Assembly (NCBI RefSeq): GCF_002105155.1
Contig: NW_019028981.1
Location: 1,178,001 to 1,242,000 of the forward strand
Length of the DNA stretch: 64,000 nt
Direction of reading: 5' to 3'
DNA from: Lobosporangium transversale
Taxonomy: Eukaryota
Shown here: one piece after another, positions 1 through 17,464 of the stretch
Numbering within the stretch: position 1 is the first letter of the stretch
Layout of the letters: every line of letters starts with the position of its first letter
Position numbers and translations under genes: made by a program
The notes under the pieces: generated by a model
The model's input: the letters and a program-made list of their open reading frames with translations, nothing else
What the model was told of the DNA's origin: nothing
Database searches by the model: none

Positions 1-242
1 ACAAAGAATTTGTAAGTTCTGCATATTTCCGTCTCTGTATCCTTCTACCTAATCTTTTGCCTCTGAATTCCTGGACTAACTTTAAAAACCTTACAGATCA
101 ACAGATAGAACTGATTGGTCTTCGTTTTAATAGTGCTGTTCGATTAGGGATAATTTGTAGTTATAACACTGCATCTTTCTAATAAGAAACAAATTTTATT
201 GATTTCCTCTGCTATTTTTACTTTCTATATCAGCAAGATGTT

Positions 243-1880
243 TCATGATGTAGTTTGTAGAGAAGGCATGGTTTCAAGTCTAGCGAGATCCTTGATATGG
301 GTTACAGTCTTGCCTCTTTCCTCTAACGTTGATGATGTTGATGATGAAGCTACAGCGGTGACAACAGTAGCAGATTCAGCTCCATTTCCTGATAATGCTG
401 TTGTTGGTGACAATAATGAGGTCGATGATAATGATAACCCCTCAGCCACATTAGCAGCAGCTTCATGAATTCTTCGGATCTTCGTTGTATGTCCAATACC
501 GAGCTGTGGCAACCCTTTGTTCAGACCTTCAAGGAGAAGACATGCTTTACAAAGTTCATTGGAAGAAATATATCCACACCGTGTACAATTTGTCATAGTC
601 GGCAGCTTTGTTGATTCATTAGCCTGTACCGAAGCTGAAAGCGCTTCGCCTGAATGGATAATGTCTAAGTGCAGAATAATAGTAATAATAATAAAAAGCT
701 TGTTAGAATCTCGGAAAAAATAATAAAATTGGAAATAATAATAATAAAAAAAAAACGACGCTTACCAACGATAGCAGTACGACGGATGGCCTCCAATTCC
801 TTCAAAAACACACGGGCATAGCCACGATAGGCATTGGGTGAGTAAATGCACTCTGTTGAGAAATAATCCAGTTTTTTAAAGTAGGCATACATGACAATCT
901 CCTTTTCATATGTGTATTTGAATGGCTTTGAGCGTAGGATTTTAGAAGTTTCAATGCCAGAAGCATCATCAGATGTGTCATTAGTAATGATAGATGTGCA
1001 CCGTTGGAGACGCGGCAGATCACCTCGAAGAACTAACGGGTAAAATTGAATATAATTGATGCATCTACGGTTAATCTCTGAAAGTCTCATATGGAAAGTA
1101 TATATATATATATATATATAGAGGCCGAGACCATAGTGCACTTACTGTTCATCAAGACAGTCTCGGCAATATCGTCTGCATTGTGGCCAGTGACGATATG
1201 GTCCACGTTGAGCATAATGGCGCCGCGATCCAATGCTTGACGACGGAATACTCCGCAGAATGTGCAGTTGTTCTTACGCCCAATCTCTTTGACAATATCA
1301 TCCATGCTCCATCCATAGAGATCTTTATAGCTGATTATCAAAAGGGGGATCTGATACTGGTCTCTATTCCTTTTGACAGTTTCCAGTGAATCGTCTCTGT
1401 ATCCAGTAATTCCTTCGTCTATTGATAGTAGTACTAGATCCAAGCCATAGTTGTATCGATCATTCAAAAGCTTCATGACATATGCCAGGACCGTGGAGTC
1501 TATCGTATGTGAGATAATGAAATGAGTATTTTTTTTGCCTTTTTAATTTGTAGCAAGCAAAAAAATTTTCTAAATAAAAATAGGCATGAGTTATTACCTT
1601 TGCCACCACTTGCACCGATAGCTACTCTGTCACCTTTTTTGAAGAGTTTGTTGTCGACAATGGTATTATGGATTTCTGTCTCGAAAACATGGTAGAAACA
1701 TTCTTTGCAGAGTTGCTGACCTGTCTTTGGTCGTTTGAGGATAGCTCGGACAGACTGACAGAGATTGCAAGGATTCCTGAGAGGTTTAGTCCCCTTTGAT
1801 GATTTCACTCCTACTTCAGGCTGTGTCTGTGTATGTTGGTGTGCATGTACGGTTGTATCGGCAGTGTTGGTGAGATGCAT
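243..1880 (-). CDS. NCS6: Cytoplasmic tRNA 2-thiolation protein 1 (Ncs6/Ctu1), 4 exons, ~441 aa
   Basis: Exons 1880-1598, 1499-1146, 1032-766 and 664-243 join through GT-AG introns in frame (1326 nt). Motifs: PP-loop [48 protein letters not shown], and N- and C-terminal CxxC zinc pairs. Confidence 0.95.
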
Positions 1881-2702
1881 TCTGGTCAGTATAGAATGGG
1901 TGGTGAGTCTTTTTTTTTTGTGTTCAAGATTGCAGATCAGTTTGCCTCGTTACTTTTTTTATCAAGAAAATTAATGGTCACATGCATTCCCATCAATTTG
2001 AAGAATCTTTTATTTATGGGCATTATATAAAGTTCGACTACTTTAATTTGGTAGAGCCATCATCTCATAGAACCCAACCATGTCCGATCGATTAATTGAT
2101 TGTCCAGGAGAATGACATGGTTGAAATACAAGGCTTTGTTGGGGAGTGAACATGTAAAGTGCACACGATTGTATGCCATGCATTCGACTGTTTGTGCTGG
2201 CTGTACCACCCATTCGAATAGATGATAACTAAATCAGTGGACAGACACATTTACTCACACACAGCTGCTCTTTATTCCAGAACAAGACAGTTGACAGACA
2301 TTCAAAATGTCTGTTGCATGTGTACAGTGGACAGTGCACAGTGCATGTGTAGCGATTGTATTTTGTGCCCATCCATTACTGAATAAAATAGAAATATTAC
2401 CATTGGTCCTGCAAAATCGTCTGTGGAGTGGTTGAGCACTCACTCTTCTCCAAGTCATTTCTCACACACCCTCAGTATTTTTTTTTCTTCTTACCATTCA
2501 TCTCCGCCACCCATCGTTTGTCCTCTTCTCAATTCCTTCTCTTCCCTCTTTCCTTTCCCTTTTGCCACAGAAAAAGCGGCATCCCGTGTCCGTGTTCATC
2601 TTTATAGGCTCCCTTCTTGGTTTACTTCCCTCGTCATCACATCTCTGTGCCAGTTACAATCTCACCCGCATTTTAATTCCCTCTCTCTATTAAACAGGCA
2701 TC

Positions 2703-6596
<3,894 letters not shown>

Positions 6597-7117
6597 TAGG
6601 AACAATTAAAAAGGCAAAGTGAAAAATGAAAATGAAAAAAAAAAAAAAAAAAAAAAAAAAGAAAAGGCCTGTTTGACTTGATGAACTCTCCGCTTGAGAG
6701 CATGGACTTCTCTTGCATCCTTACTCTTTCCCATTCATTCTTCTCGATACTCTCTCTTTTCCTCAAATATTTAATAAAATTTACTGCCATTATAATTGTG
6801 AACTTTGGGTACATGCATGTAGTATGGGATTGTTCCCACACGTGACAATTTCTGGGGAAACGACAAGTGAAACATTTTCAAGACTTCGTGTCTCTCGGAG
6901 AAGCCATAGGAGGGCAAGACAAGACGTTTGGTCGTACACGGAAATACCAAAAGCGTTCAAAAAACAAAATGGTCTGATACATTTTGTCTGTCTGCTTTTT
7001 TTACTCTTCTTCACCCGACCTTGATAACACCTCTCTATTCTTCGTTTTTCTCTTGTTCATCCATATACTTTTTCTCACGGATTTCTTGCTGCACTTTAAC
7101 GAATATTTTAAAAAGAA

Positions 7118-7808
7118 ATGAAGACTACCACGTTTGCATACTCTGGAGTTCGTGCTCGCGCCACATTCGGTTCTACTCCTTTGCGAGGTGCTAATTACAG
7201 TAATAAAGGCGGCAAGGTAATATATATATATCGACTGTAACTAGTCAATTTAATAAAAGAGAGAAAGAGAGGGAAGGTGCTATTTTTTGTTATTTTGCGG
7301 CTTTTTTTTTTTTTTTTTTTTTTAATAAAAAAAATCGTGGGCCATAACGCGCTCCTGATGAGTAATCATCAACAGCAGCAGCAACAGGGAAGCAAAACAA
7401 AACAAAAAGATCAGGGCAAGGAAGTCATGATTACAGAGACGATCATAATGCTCCAAGAGTCTCATACTTCTGTCCTATATATATATATATATATACAATT
7501 CTTTTTTTCTCCTTCATGATATTCACAAGAAAGCTTTGTTTTATCCATACAACATTTTCCCTCGCCCTCATTAGTTGGCTGACACATTGAACCAACTTTC
7601 TTTTTGCTCATTATTTATTGATCTATATTATATATTATTGTTATTATTATTATTACGTGCGTGTATGTAATTTCTATTATAGAGTATTCCTATTCCGACC
7701 AAAAACAAGACTGGGCTGGCGATTGGCATGACGGTTGTCCTTGGTGGACTCTTCTTTGCAGGCTTTCTCCCTGGTCAATGGCAAAGATACAAAGCACAGC
7801 GTGGATAG
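7118..7808 (+). CDS. Small mitochondrial membrane protein resembling cytochrome c oxidase subunit VIIc (fungal Cox8), 74 aa, 2 exons
   Basis: Exons 7118-7216 and 7683-7808 (GT-AG intron, phase 0) give MKTTTFAYSGVRARATFGSTPLRGANYSNKGGKSIPIPTKNKTGLAIGMTVVLGGLFFAGFLPGQWQRYKAQRG. It has an Arg-rich acid-free presequence, an 'IPxxxKNK' segment like the COX7C NLPF..NK motif, and one transmembrane helix. Confidence 0.72.
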
Positions 7809-8274
7809 GGATGAAAAAACAAAAACAAAATAAAATTAAAAATCTAAAAGTCAGGTTTTGTTCCTGAATGTCTTTTAAGATTCATTCAGGAACCAAAAAA
7901 AAAAAAAAAAAAAAAATCAACAGTGGCGCAGTCTCAAGCTTTGCTAAGGTTTTTTTTTTTTTTTAATATTCATGAATGTGGATCTCAGGCTATGAGTGGG
8001 ACATCCGTAAAGAAAATTGGAGATCGTTACGGGTGTATTACCATGAAGGGAAATTGGGGAATAGCTTTGAGTGTATAGCCTAACATTACTTTGGAGTTAT
8101 CTTTGACTACATGTTCAATAATAATATTAATATATAATAATAATAACAATATAATAAAAAAAGCCTGTTCTCCCAGCGTATCAATTGAAGTAATTCATAC
8201 GATGTTCATGCGGAAAATAAACTAGGAAAAAAGGCCGTTTTACATCAATGTGCTGTGACATTTATTCACCATTG

Positions 8275-8316
<42 letters not shown>

Positions 8317-10421
8317 CGCCTGTTGGGTGGGATCACAACAGAGCTATTTGATTGACCTATTCCTGGATCGGAAAGAGGAAGACGGGATTGAGGATCCTTT
8401 TTGTTTTTTGCTTATATTCCTGGCTTGCATATTTGTTTACGGTTTTCTAAGCATTCTGCTTGCCTTGTTTGGTTTACGCCCGACGCTTTCGTTTTGTTGT
8501 GTGTTTGTGTATTTATTCCCAAAAATACATTTTAAAGAGTACTATCGGATAGATACTTGATCTGCTCTGTGGCATCCAAAACAGAAAAAAATACAAAAGA
8601 GAGAGAGACACAACGCCACGAGGGATACTCCAACACTTATTTTAAAATGAACAGGCTCAAACGAGCTACTTGTTTATGAGGGAAAAGGTACTCATATTAA
8701 GATAAAAAAAAAAAAGAAAGATCTTTATAACCACAAGCCGGGGCCATAATATTTCAATGCTGGATTCCTCGACTTTCATCCATTCTATCCACTATAATGG
8801 GAAGAAGGGAAGCAGCAATATAACAATATAAGATTAATTAAATAAAATAGTAAATAAAAAGGCTCTTTGTCTAAAATCAAACTGTCATGAGTATTGCGAA
8901 CTTGCGGGATTCTTTTTTGCATGTTCTAGGTACATGTACATTTATGAATACTTTTTAAGCATAGAGGTCAATAGAGTGGGAAAAAGGGCAGATCGACTTA
9001 CAGAACAGAGCGGAGTAAAATAGGGTGGACCAGAAAAGACTAATTGATGGAGTTGATGGAGACAAGAATCAACATAGTGTTTTGTATCTGTATACTGTAT
9101 TTTGTCATCGGATATGACACGACTTACAGCATCGTGTTATACATTTTATATACTATCCTATCATCCATCATTGTCATCATCATCTTTGAATATCATCTGA
9201 CGCATGTTTGCATTGAGATCGAGACATAGACATAGACCTACAATACAAAATAGTACAGTACAATACATACAATATAGCCCAACACAATGCAATCCAATAG
9301 ACTCCTACTACTAGATCCAACCAAATGTGGAGGAGTGGTTTCTCATGATTGAATATTTATAACTACTGCTGTTGTTTGTCATGAAACGATCGTTGTCAAT
9401 TTTAGCGGACTACCGTTCTGTTCTTTTTCCTGTTTGCCCTTCTTTCCTTTTCATCTCTGTTCCTCTCTTAATACCTTCCATACATTTGCTTCCACTCCAA
9501 CACCATCCGTTTGAATTATTTCTCTCACGTTCGTTATCGCAGACATATATTCACACATTCTCTCACATTCCACAACACATTGCTCTATCATTCTCTACTT
9601 CCACTTCACCTTTCGCTTCCTCGCCCTTGTTTTTATTAATAGAGGTAAATTACTTTCAGGCACTGATCGCCATCGGTCGCTTCCTCTTAATACCTCCTAC
9701 CTACTTGCTCTTCATCCACCATCGATATCATTCAGCCGAATGAATACGGTTGCCTTCTCTAGAGAGACGGTCAATAGCCCTCCAACCATACCATAATAAG
9801 GATTACCGGGATCCAGTTAGGATGAAGTCCTATTTTAAACATTAAAGCATCAGCATTTCTCCAACACCACTACGATGTATTCAACGCGGCCTTTTTTTCA
9901 TTACGCTTTGTGTCCACTCCTGTTCTAGTAGTGATCTTCGATCCGAGACCTGCTAAAAACGTGATTGGCTGAATAATCTTTCCCCCTGTTCATCACTTAC
10001 TTCCTTTCCCTGTGATCCTCTTTTTTTCTCTAAAAAAAACGGGGGATTATTGATATCATGATAAGGGGACCGAGACTAGGCCGGTATCGTGAAGATGGAA
10101 GGTGTTTATATTTGTGCTTGGCTTCAATTTCGTCTTTTAATGCAGATAAAAGGAAATGGACATTTCTGATGGTGGCTTCTCTTTTAGGGTCCTAGATTTC
10201 CTGGCGAGCGCATGTGAAACCCCTTCTTCTATTCCCTGATCAACATGCTTTTTTGCTTGTATTTTTTTTTTTTTTTTTTTTTCAGACACCAGAAAGTATA
10301 TTTGTTAGTGTGTCACCATGTATATTTTGTTGCCAACTGACGCGTGTTACAGGAATCGCGCTAGAGTGATCGCGTACGTAACGTCACCATTAGTATTTTA
10401 CTTTTGTTTTACCTGTAAGGA

Positions 10422-10459
<38 letters not shown>

Positions 10460-13324
10460 GCATTGTATAAACGCGCTTAGTGGTATATGGCTGTAGGGGA
10501 CCATACTTCATTTTTGCTACCATTTGAGTCCCTGCGATATCATTTCAATCCTGCAGAAAGAAGTATAGTGAACGTGTGAGCAATCAGGTCTGTTTGTGTA
10601 TTTGCGCATGGAATAAAAAAGCAACAGAGGGCTCCCATCACTACTTTGCTCTTGTCAAATTATGGAAATGGGTACCATGAGAGCCATGGCGCTCAGATGG
10701 CTCGAGCGTATTATATTCTTGCAAGGAAAGTTGCTCTATTCCCTTTTATACTAGGATGGCTAGCTTAAAGGTCTAGCTTCCTTCCTTTCTCTGTATCCTT
10801 GCTCTGTGATTCTCATAAGGGAGTACATTTACGCATCTGTGCTGTGTAACTATTGGCAAAGGAAAAGGGATTGGGGCTGGGTCACAGGCTATCCTACGCG
10901 TCGCGTGTGGGTGAAAGGCCTATAGCTATAAATCAGGGCTGTTGCAATAGGATATCAAGGCTATGTTACCTATTATTTTTTTTGTCGTGCGCAGAGCAAA
11001 AGGGGGGAGCTACCAATCATTACCGAAAGATATACCTGTATTAAGTTGATAGTGATGATTAGTCAGACTATCAGATGCAGGAGTATCGAACAGTTGGCGA
11101 GGCGTTCCGTCTTTTCATCCTTGAACTCATTCGAGAAAGGGAAAAAAAAAAAGGCTCTAATCACACGTTCCTCTTTCTGTTGGGCTGAAATTGGGGCTCG
11201 GTGAATATTAGCAACTTTCTATTTTTTTTTTTTTCAAGGACCCGATCAATCAAGCCAAAGGCTCCCGTTAAGATTGTATTACAAAGAAGGCTTTTGGAGT
11301 AGAAAGTAGATCTTGACTACAGCCAACAGCACGTTGGGTCAAGAGAGTAGCGTTGGTAGGCGAAAAAGGGAAAAAAGGCCATCCATCATTCAACTCGCTT
11401 TACTTCTTTTCTCTCTGTGTCTTCACAGCCCGAGGGGTTTTTTTTTCTTCGTGTTTCGCTGTTGGATAATGCACGCAATCACAGTATCTGCTAGTACCAG
11501 TAGCGCCACCTGTCTCTTTACTACTGGTAAAGGACATACACCAAATGACCATATAATTGCTTATTACTTCTCAAAAGCCTAAAAGGCCTACAGCCTGCGG
11601 CTTGTGTACTAATGGGAGTTTTTTTTTTTTAAATATATAAGCTATGTAATTCGAGGAGAAAGAATTCAAAAAAGTATTTATGAATCTGGATACAAAAAAA
11701 AAAATTGGAGATTAATACAGGTAATGTGTTAACGTGGTAATGAAGAATTTGTAAAGTATGGTGTCTGTCAATACTTTTTTTTTGTCTTTTTCTGTAATGG
11801 TATTTGTGATGGATGACAATAGGTTGAGTGCATTGAGAATTCATTCAGGCACAGCCGCCATTGCGCACCTTTATTAATTGTGAGCTTTCTCATAAATGGG
11901 GGAGGGGGGGCTATCTTAGAGTGCTTGATATTTTTTATGGATATTCGATTCATTCCCATTGTTGGCTTTTTTGGCCTAGCATAGTGTTTTCTAGGAAGCC
12001 TCCCTGTTTAAGATTTGCCCTTCAATCTTAAACGGCATAGAGAGCTCAGCCTTATGCTGATCTTGTTATTGTCGGAGAAAGAGAGTACAGCCCACATGTT
12101 CTTTAGTCTTAGACATGACAAAGCAAGTGAGCTGGACAGCTGGACGCACTTAAAAAAGAAATTATATTAAAGAAACAGCCCAACTGCGAGATTAATGGAA
12201 TAAGCCCTTCCGCGGGACATTTTCTACTCCATTTGTGGTTACCTTAAGCCATAAGACACATGTTCAAGCAGATCATACACCTTCCTATACCACACATGCA
12301 TTCATACACATACACATATAGGGAGGGAGAGTAAGCAAGGAAGCGCAGCAAGGATGGAATGAATGAGAAAGAGGAGGGAGAGAAGGGTTAAATTCCAAGC
12401 TTAAATGGGTATAGAGAAGAGAGGCGGTGAGTGAGGCTGAGGTTTGTACAATTACAACCAATTTCCTGTGATTCTGAAAGCTCATTTGCTACCTCTAATT
12501 CCACTCGCTGTCTTTTTTTACTTTTTGTCCCACAATGGCAAATGCTAACGATTTGTCAGTGTCAGCGTCTTGTTTTAGACATTACGAACAAACATTTTTT
12601 TTTTTTTTTTTTTTTTAATGTATGATATCAAAAGAGAGCAGTGCGCCCTATGCTCTGTTCCTATGATCATACACACTTAATTTTTTCTTTCCATTGGCGT
12701 TGAGATATTTCTGGGGAGCAATCACACAGGTGGATTAGTGATCGGTGAATGTTGTTATTTCAGACAAAGCATGCATGAGTTAAAAAAAAAAAAAAAAATT
12801 GGCAACACGGAGCAGTGGCGATGGACAGTGCTGTAGTTGACAGGGTATATGAAACCAAAGAGAGCATGGCTCTCAATTATAACATGTAAAGCAAAGAAAT
12901 AACAGGGCCACATGCATACAACTCTTTTTTAGTTTATAATTTTATCGTTATTATTTATTATTTCTTCATTTCTGCATCTAATGAATGAATGGATGGATGG
13001 ATAGACAAAGGATATTGATCTTTGAAATTGGCTCAGACTGCATAGACATGACACACACACACATTCATTTATTTTTATGTTTATATGTCTTTCTGTCTTT
13101 ATGATACATCTATTGTGATGAGCAAAATAGACATTGGCACGATTTGATCATTCAATGCTATCTTGCTTCGCACTCTTTTACCCTCACTTGCTCCCTATAC
13201 TGACAATGCTCCGATTGAATCGATTGAAGACGCCTTTGCCCATCATTCATCATTCATCCGCTTTATTTGCATATTAGTGTTTATTTTTTATTTTATTTTA
13301 TTTTATCTTATTTTTTTTGCGTAA

Positions 13325-14837
13325 TATAAACGGACCAAGAGGACTTCATCCCCCTCGTTTTGGATCTTCCCTCCTTTCATTTCTCCTTTTTCCCTTCCTG
13401 CTTTTTTCTCCTTCCTCTCAGCAAACTGTTGCGAAAGCAACTTTATTCAGTCATCAATAACGACCTCTCAGCTCCTTCACTGACGCAATACTGTACCTTC
13501 CAATCACGATTTGCTTCATAAATCTTATTCAATAGGGATCGGCCAGCTTAATCCAACGCGTCCTAATCATTTGACTTTATAATACGGTAGGTGATTTTTC
13601 CAAATTAACTCCTCACGTTCCCACACCACATTTTTTTTTTTTTTTTTTTTTTTTTTCCTTCTCTCTGACTCATCTCCATATCGGCACTATGGTGGCAACA
13701 AGGAAAGCAATAGTCCAAAGGTGTCTTTTGAGATGCTGATGCCTTTAAATGCCTCAGTCCTCCTTTCATGCGCGCCACAAATCATTTGTCAGAAGCAATG
13801 CCAACAAGTTTTTTCCTCTTAATTGTATTTCCACTTGCAGCGATACTGGCACGCACGTATGATAATGCTGATCCTTGTTAAGGCTAGTCCGTTTTTCTTC
13901 TTCATCCTATTCTATTCCTTCATTTGCAGCCATATACGTTTATTTATTTCAATTTCTTCCTCGTTGGCCAGCTATCCCTTAGTCGCTCTTGAATGTTTAT
14001 TTATTGTTGCCCTTAATGCTCACCATTCCGAGATTGTGAGATGGTGTTTATTGCTATTCCTCACCACTTTCAATCTAAATCAACGCCATATTATTTTATT
14101 TTCTGGTACAGAGATCCAAACGACATCGTTGTTTTCTTCCCTTTAAGTACGAATGGTAGTTTTCTTTATTGTTATTGCTTCTCATATTTGCAACATTCTA
14201 CATTGTCTTCGCTTCAAATCGACATCATTGCCTGTGATATCCTTATATTCTTTGGCTTTCCATCCACTGTTTCTCCCTTTCTCAACTTCCCACTTTAATC
14301 CTATTTGTCATCTTCTTTTCTGTCGCACCCTTCTTCCTCAGCTCTTTATTCTACTTTCCAGCCGTATGTACCCCTTCATCTCTCAAACCTATCTTCGATA
14401 CTTATTCATGAACACCATTTCCTGTTCTTTATATCATACCTAACGCCTCCATCCCGTTCTTTATGCATTTGCCAACAAAAGCGTCCTGACCATAGCATTT
14501 ACCTGCTGCGGAGAAAAATATTTCAGATCCCTACCTGAGTTCCCACAGCAAACTTTTTTCAACCAAAGGATAACATTTGCGCCATTAGCATCGTGGTATT
14601 TTATATCTCTTTGACCAAGTTCAGCAGCAGATCCCCATAAACGCTGCCCTGGCTTTTACCCTGATAAAGCAATAAAAAACAAAGCAAGGTCGAAGCACTG
14701 CAGAATATAACAAAAACAAGAGAGAGAAGACCATTCTTCTTTGCTGCATAGTCTCCTCTTTTGCAAAAGCAGTAGTAGCAAGCTGTGAGTTGATATATTT
14801 ACTTTGGAAATCCGCCATCCATACTTCTCTTGTTTTT

Positions 14838-14872
<35 letters not shown>

Positions 14873-15028
14873 GATTTTTCAACATCGGCAGCTGTAATAC
14901 GATCGTCTCACTGAGCAGAAACAAATATTAACGACAGTTACAACGGCAACAACAACAATAGAAACAGCGATCGTAGTACAGAAACCCCCAGAAAAAAATA
15001 TAAAAAAGAAATAATCGATACAAACAAC
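13325..15028 (+). promoter_or_regulatory. Putative TATA promoter and long spliced 5' UTR of the C2H2 gene
   Basis: TATAAA at ~13325 followed by a CT-rich tract; donor GTAGGT at 13587, branch-like CCTGAC at ~14485, acceptor TTTCAG ending at 14526. I found no ATG in either putative UTR exon. Confidence 0.5.
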
Positions 15029-17035
15029 ATGACCTCATCGCGAGTCCCACCCTCAGATTACCAGCATGGCTTTTCAGTAATAGACTCGATCATGAGCGAT
15101 GTGGACCCATCTATCGGTCCTACTAATCCTACCTCCGCCAGTCCATCACAGTCACCACTGACAGTTTCAGCAGGTATAGGGGGGATACAGCAGCAAACGC
15201 AGCAGCAACACCCACAATTTCATATAGAAGCGATTGATGTTGCGTCAACCTTTTTCCCAAGCTATAGCTCCGGTGCAATATTGGGGGGGCAACCGAGTTT
15301 ACTGCCTGCTCCACAGCAGCAATTTCACGGCCAGCATCAGCAGCAACCACAATATCAACAACAAGAGGGGCAACAGAATTGGATGTGGAGCTCTGGCCCT
15401 GATAGCCTTTACCCCGATGGCGTAGACCCTTTTCTGCAGTCCACTAGTGGACAGTATCAGCAGCGCCAGGAGTCTTTGATCGATAATCCAGAGTTCCACC
15501 ACCAAGGAGCTTCTGATCTGCTTCCTTGGCAAGCAACTGGACTGGGCTTCCCTATCGACCCAAACTCCATGGCATTACAGCCTCCACAGCATGCATCGGC
15601 ATCAGCTTCAATGGATTCCAGCACATTACCCAGCTCACCCAACCCTGGCAATAATGAGAGGGCGCGACGCCGCTCGTTTAAGGCTAGAGGTTTGCTTTCG
15701 ACGCCAATATCACTGAGTGGTGGCGATACCAGTGCACCTTTTTCAACAGACCACCGCCGACCACGTGCTCGATCAACTACCTCATCTCCGAATATTCATA
15801 TACTCTCGGAGCCTATTCCCGCCGTCCAGGCCCCACTCTCGCAAGCCACGACGGTCCTGACGCCACCGACAATGATGGGGTGGGAACAAGGACGAGCCGC
15901 AGGAATGCATGAGGATATATATTCCCCCACATCCACAGCGACATCCACAACCACGACAAGCATGGATTATTTCAATGCTACAAATAGCTTCGAAGACTCC
16001 ATGGTACTACCAACAATATTACCACCTTCGGATTCAATAGTAGCTCAATCTTCATTGGCGAATTCAGCTAATCATTTTGGTTTCGATTTGACGACACTAC
16101 TCTCGAGTAGTATTGGAGCATTAAGGTTTCATGAGGGTCTCTCGCCTCCACTTACGACCCGTTCAGCAATTTCTTCGCCTACTCCGTCCTCTTGCTCCTT
16201 GTCTGCATCGCCCTCTCCGACATTATCGACCACTGCTGTTGCTGCTGTAGACCCAGGAGCTACCCCCATTACAGGGACTGGGGTCGTAGAAACTGTTAAT
16301 GTTTTCGGTACGCCTCATTCAGTCAAAATGAAACAGGTGCTGCTGCCTCCGTTGACTCCATGCCCTGTGTCCGGATGTTCAAAGGCTTTTTCAAAGACCT
16401 ATAATCTAAATACCCATATCAAAAACCAACATCAGCTGGATCCTCAGGATTTAAATCCCTCTATGCCTCTCTCACCCCAGCCTTCGTCTGTCTCTTCATC
16501 CCCATCGCCTCAATCAGCGTCTTTAAAGTCCTTTTCCACATCTCCTCCCCCAGCTGTCCCATATGGGCTTGCTCTTAGTCCTGGATCCAACTCAGTTAGT
16601 GGTGGAAGCACATCAGCTCAAGCCAAGACCTTTCCATGTCATCTATGTACACGGATATTTTCTCGTAAGCATGATTTACAGCGACATATTCGGGTACATA
16701 CGGGATCCAAGCCATATGTTTGCATGAGCTGTCAGAAGGCATTTGCGAGGACAGATGCGTTGTGTCGGCATTACAAAGTAGAAGAAGCATGCCGCAATGT
16801 TGTAGTGCAGCTGGAGGCCGATCAAAGCATCCGAAAATTACAACAGAGTCAGGTTCAACAGTCCTTACAGTTGGAAGTCGAAGAATTGCAAAAGGCTCAA
16901 AGGTTGAGACAGCAGATGCAACAGCAGCGGCGACAGCAACAGCAGCATCAACCTCAAGGCAAAGAACAGCAGGGGGATATGGAGCAGCTACAGCAGATGG
17001 AGCAGCAGCAATGGCAAGAGTCGCAACAAAGCTAG
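15029..17035 (+). CDS. C2H2 zinc-finger transcription factor, Q/S/P-rich, 668 aa, intronless CDS
   Basis: Three fingers: CPVSGC..HIKNQH, CHLC..HIRVH with the TGSKPY linker, and CMSC..ARTDALCRH. Q-rich N- and C-terminal regions. Confidence 0.9.
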   Translation: MTSSRVPPSDYQHGFSVIDSIMSDVDPSIGPTNPTSASPSQSPLTVSAGIGGIQQQTQQQHPQFHIEAIDVASTFFPSYSSGAILGGQPSLLPAPQQQFHGQHQQQPQYQQQEGQQNWMWSSGPDSLYPDGVDPFLQSTSGQYQQRQESLIDNPEFHHQGASDLLPWQATGLGFPIDPNSMALQPPQHASASASMDSSTLPSSPNPGNNERARRRSFKARGLLSTPISLSGGDTSAPFSTDHRRPRARSTTSSPNIHILSEPIPAVQAPLSQATTVLTPPTMMGWEQGRAAGMHEDIYSPTSTATSTTTTSMDYFNATNSFEDSMVLPTILPPSDSIVAQSSLANSANHFGFDLTTLLSSSIGALRFHEGLSPPLTTRSAISSPTPSSCSLSASPSPTLSTTAVAAVDPGATPITGTGVVETVNVFGTPHSVKMKQVLLPPLTPCPVSGCSKAFSKTYNLNTHIKNQHQLDPQDLNPSMPLSPQPSSVSSSPSPQSASLKSFSTSPPPAVPYGLALSPGSNSVSGGSTSAQAKTFPCHLCTRIFSRKHDLQRHIRVHTGSKPYVCMSCQKAFARTDALCRHYKVEEACRNVVVQLEADQSIRKLQQSQVQQSLQLEVEELQKAQRLRQQMQQQRRQQQQHQPQGKEQQGDMEQLQQMEQQQWQESQQS

Positions 17036-17464
17036 CAGTTACAGACTACAGAAATCTTATTTCAACAGGATTACCTTCAGCAGATGAGGCAGCAACAAGA
17101 GCAAGATCTCTATAAACAGCAACAGTAACAGCCTCAACACCAACCTCAACCTTGGCCTCAAAAATATTTCAGATGAAGCACTCCAGCAGCGGTAAATAGC
17201 CGAATCCCCTTGAGATTGATTACTTTAAGAATGCAGACGCGAAGAGGGGAAGAGCAACAAGATCTTGCTTGTGCTTTTTGCTTAGATTAGATATCATTCT
17301 TTATTGTAGATAGATTTATCAATGCCTGTCGTCATTCATCATTATCATTGTTATTACCATCATCGTTTTAAATACCCTGTACAGAATTTGGTAATTTACC
17401 AAGTGCCAATTGTCCAAAATAAAGTTAAAGTAAAATAATAATAAAAAAACTCTTTATAAATTGA

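Noticed and set aside
7900..14500. Many 60-120 aa ORFs rich in F/L/K
   Set aside because: Products of poly-T/A and CT-rich non-coding DNA; no domains or consistent splice structure.
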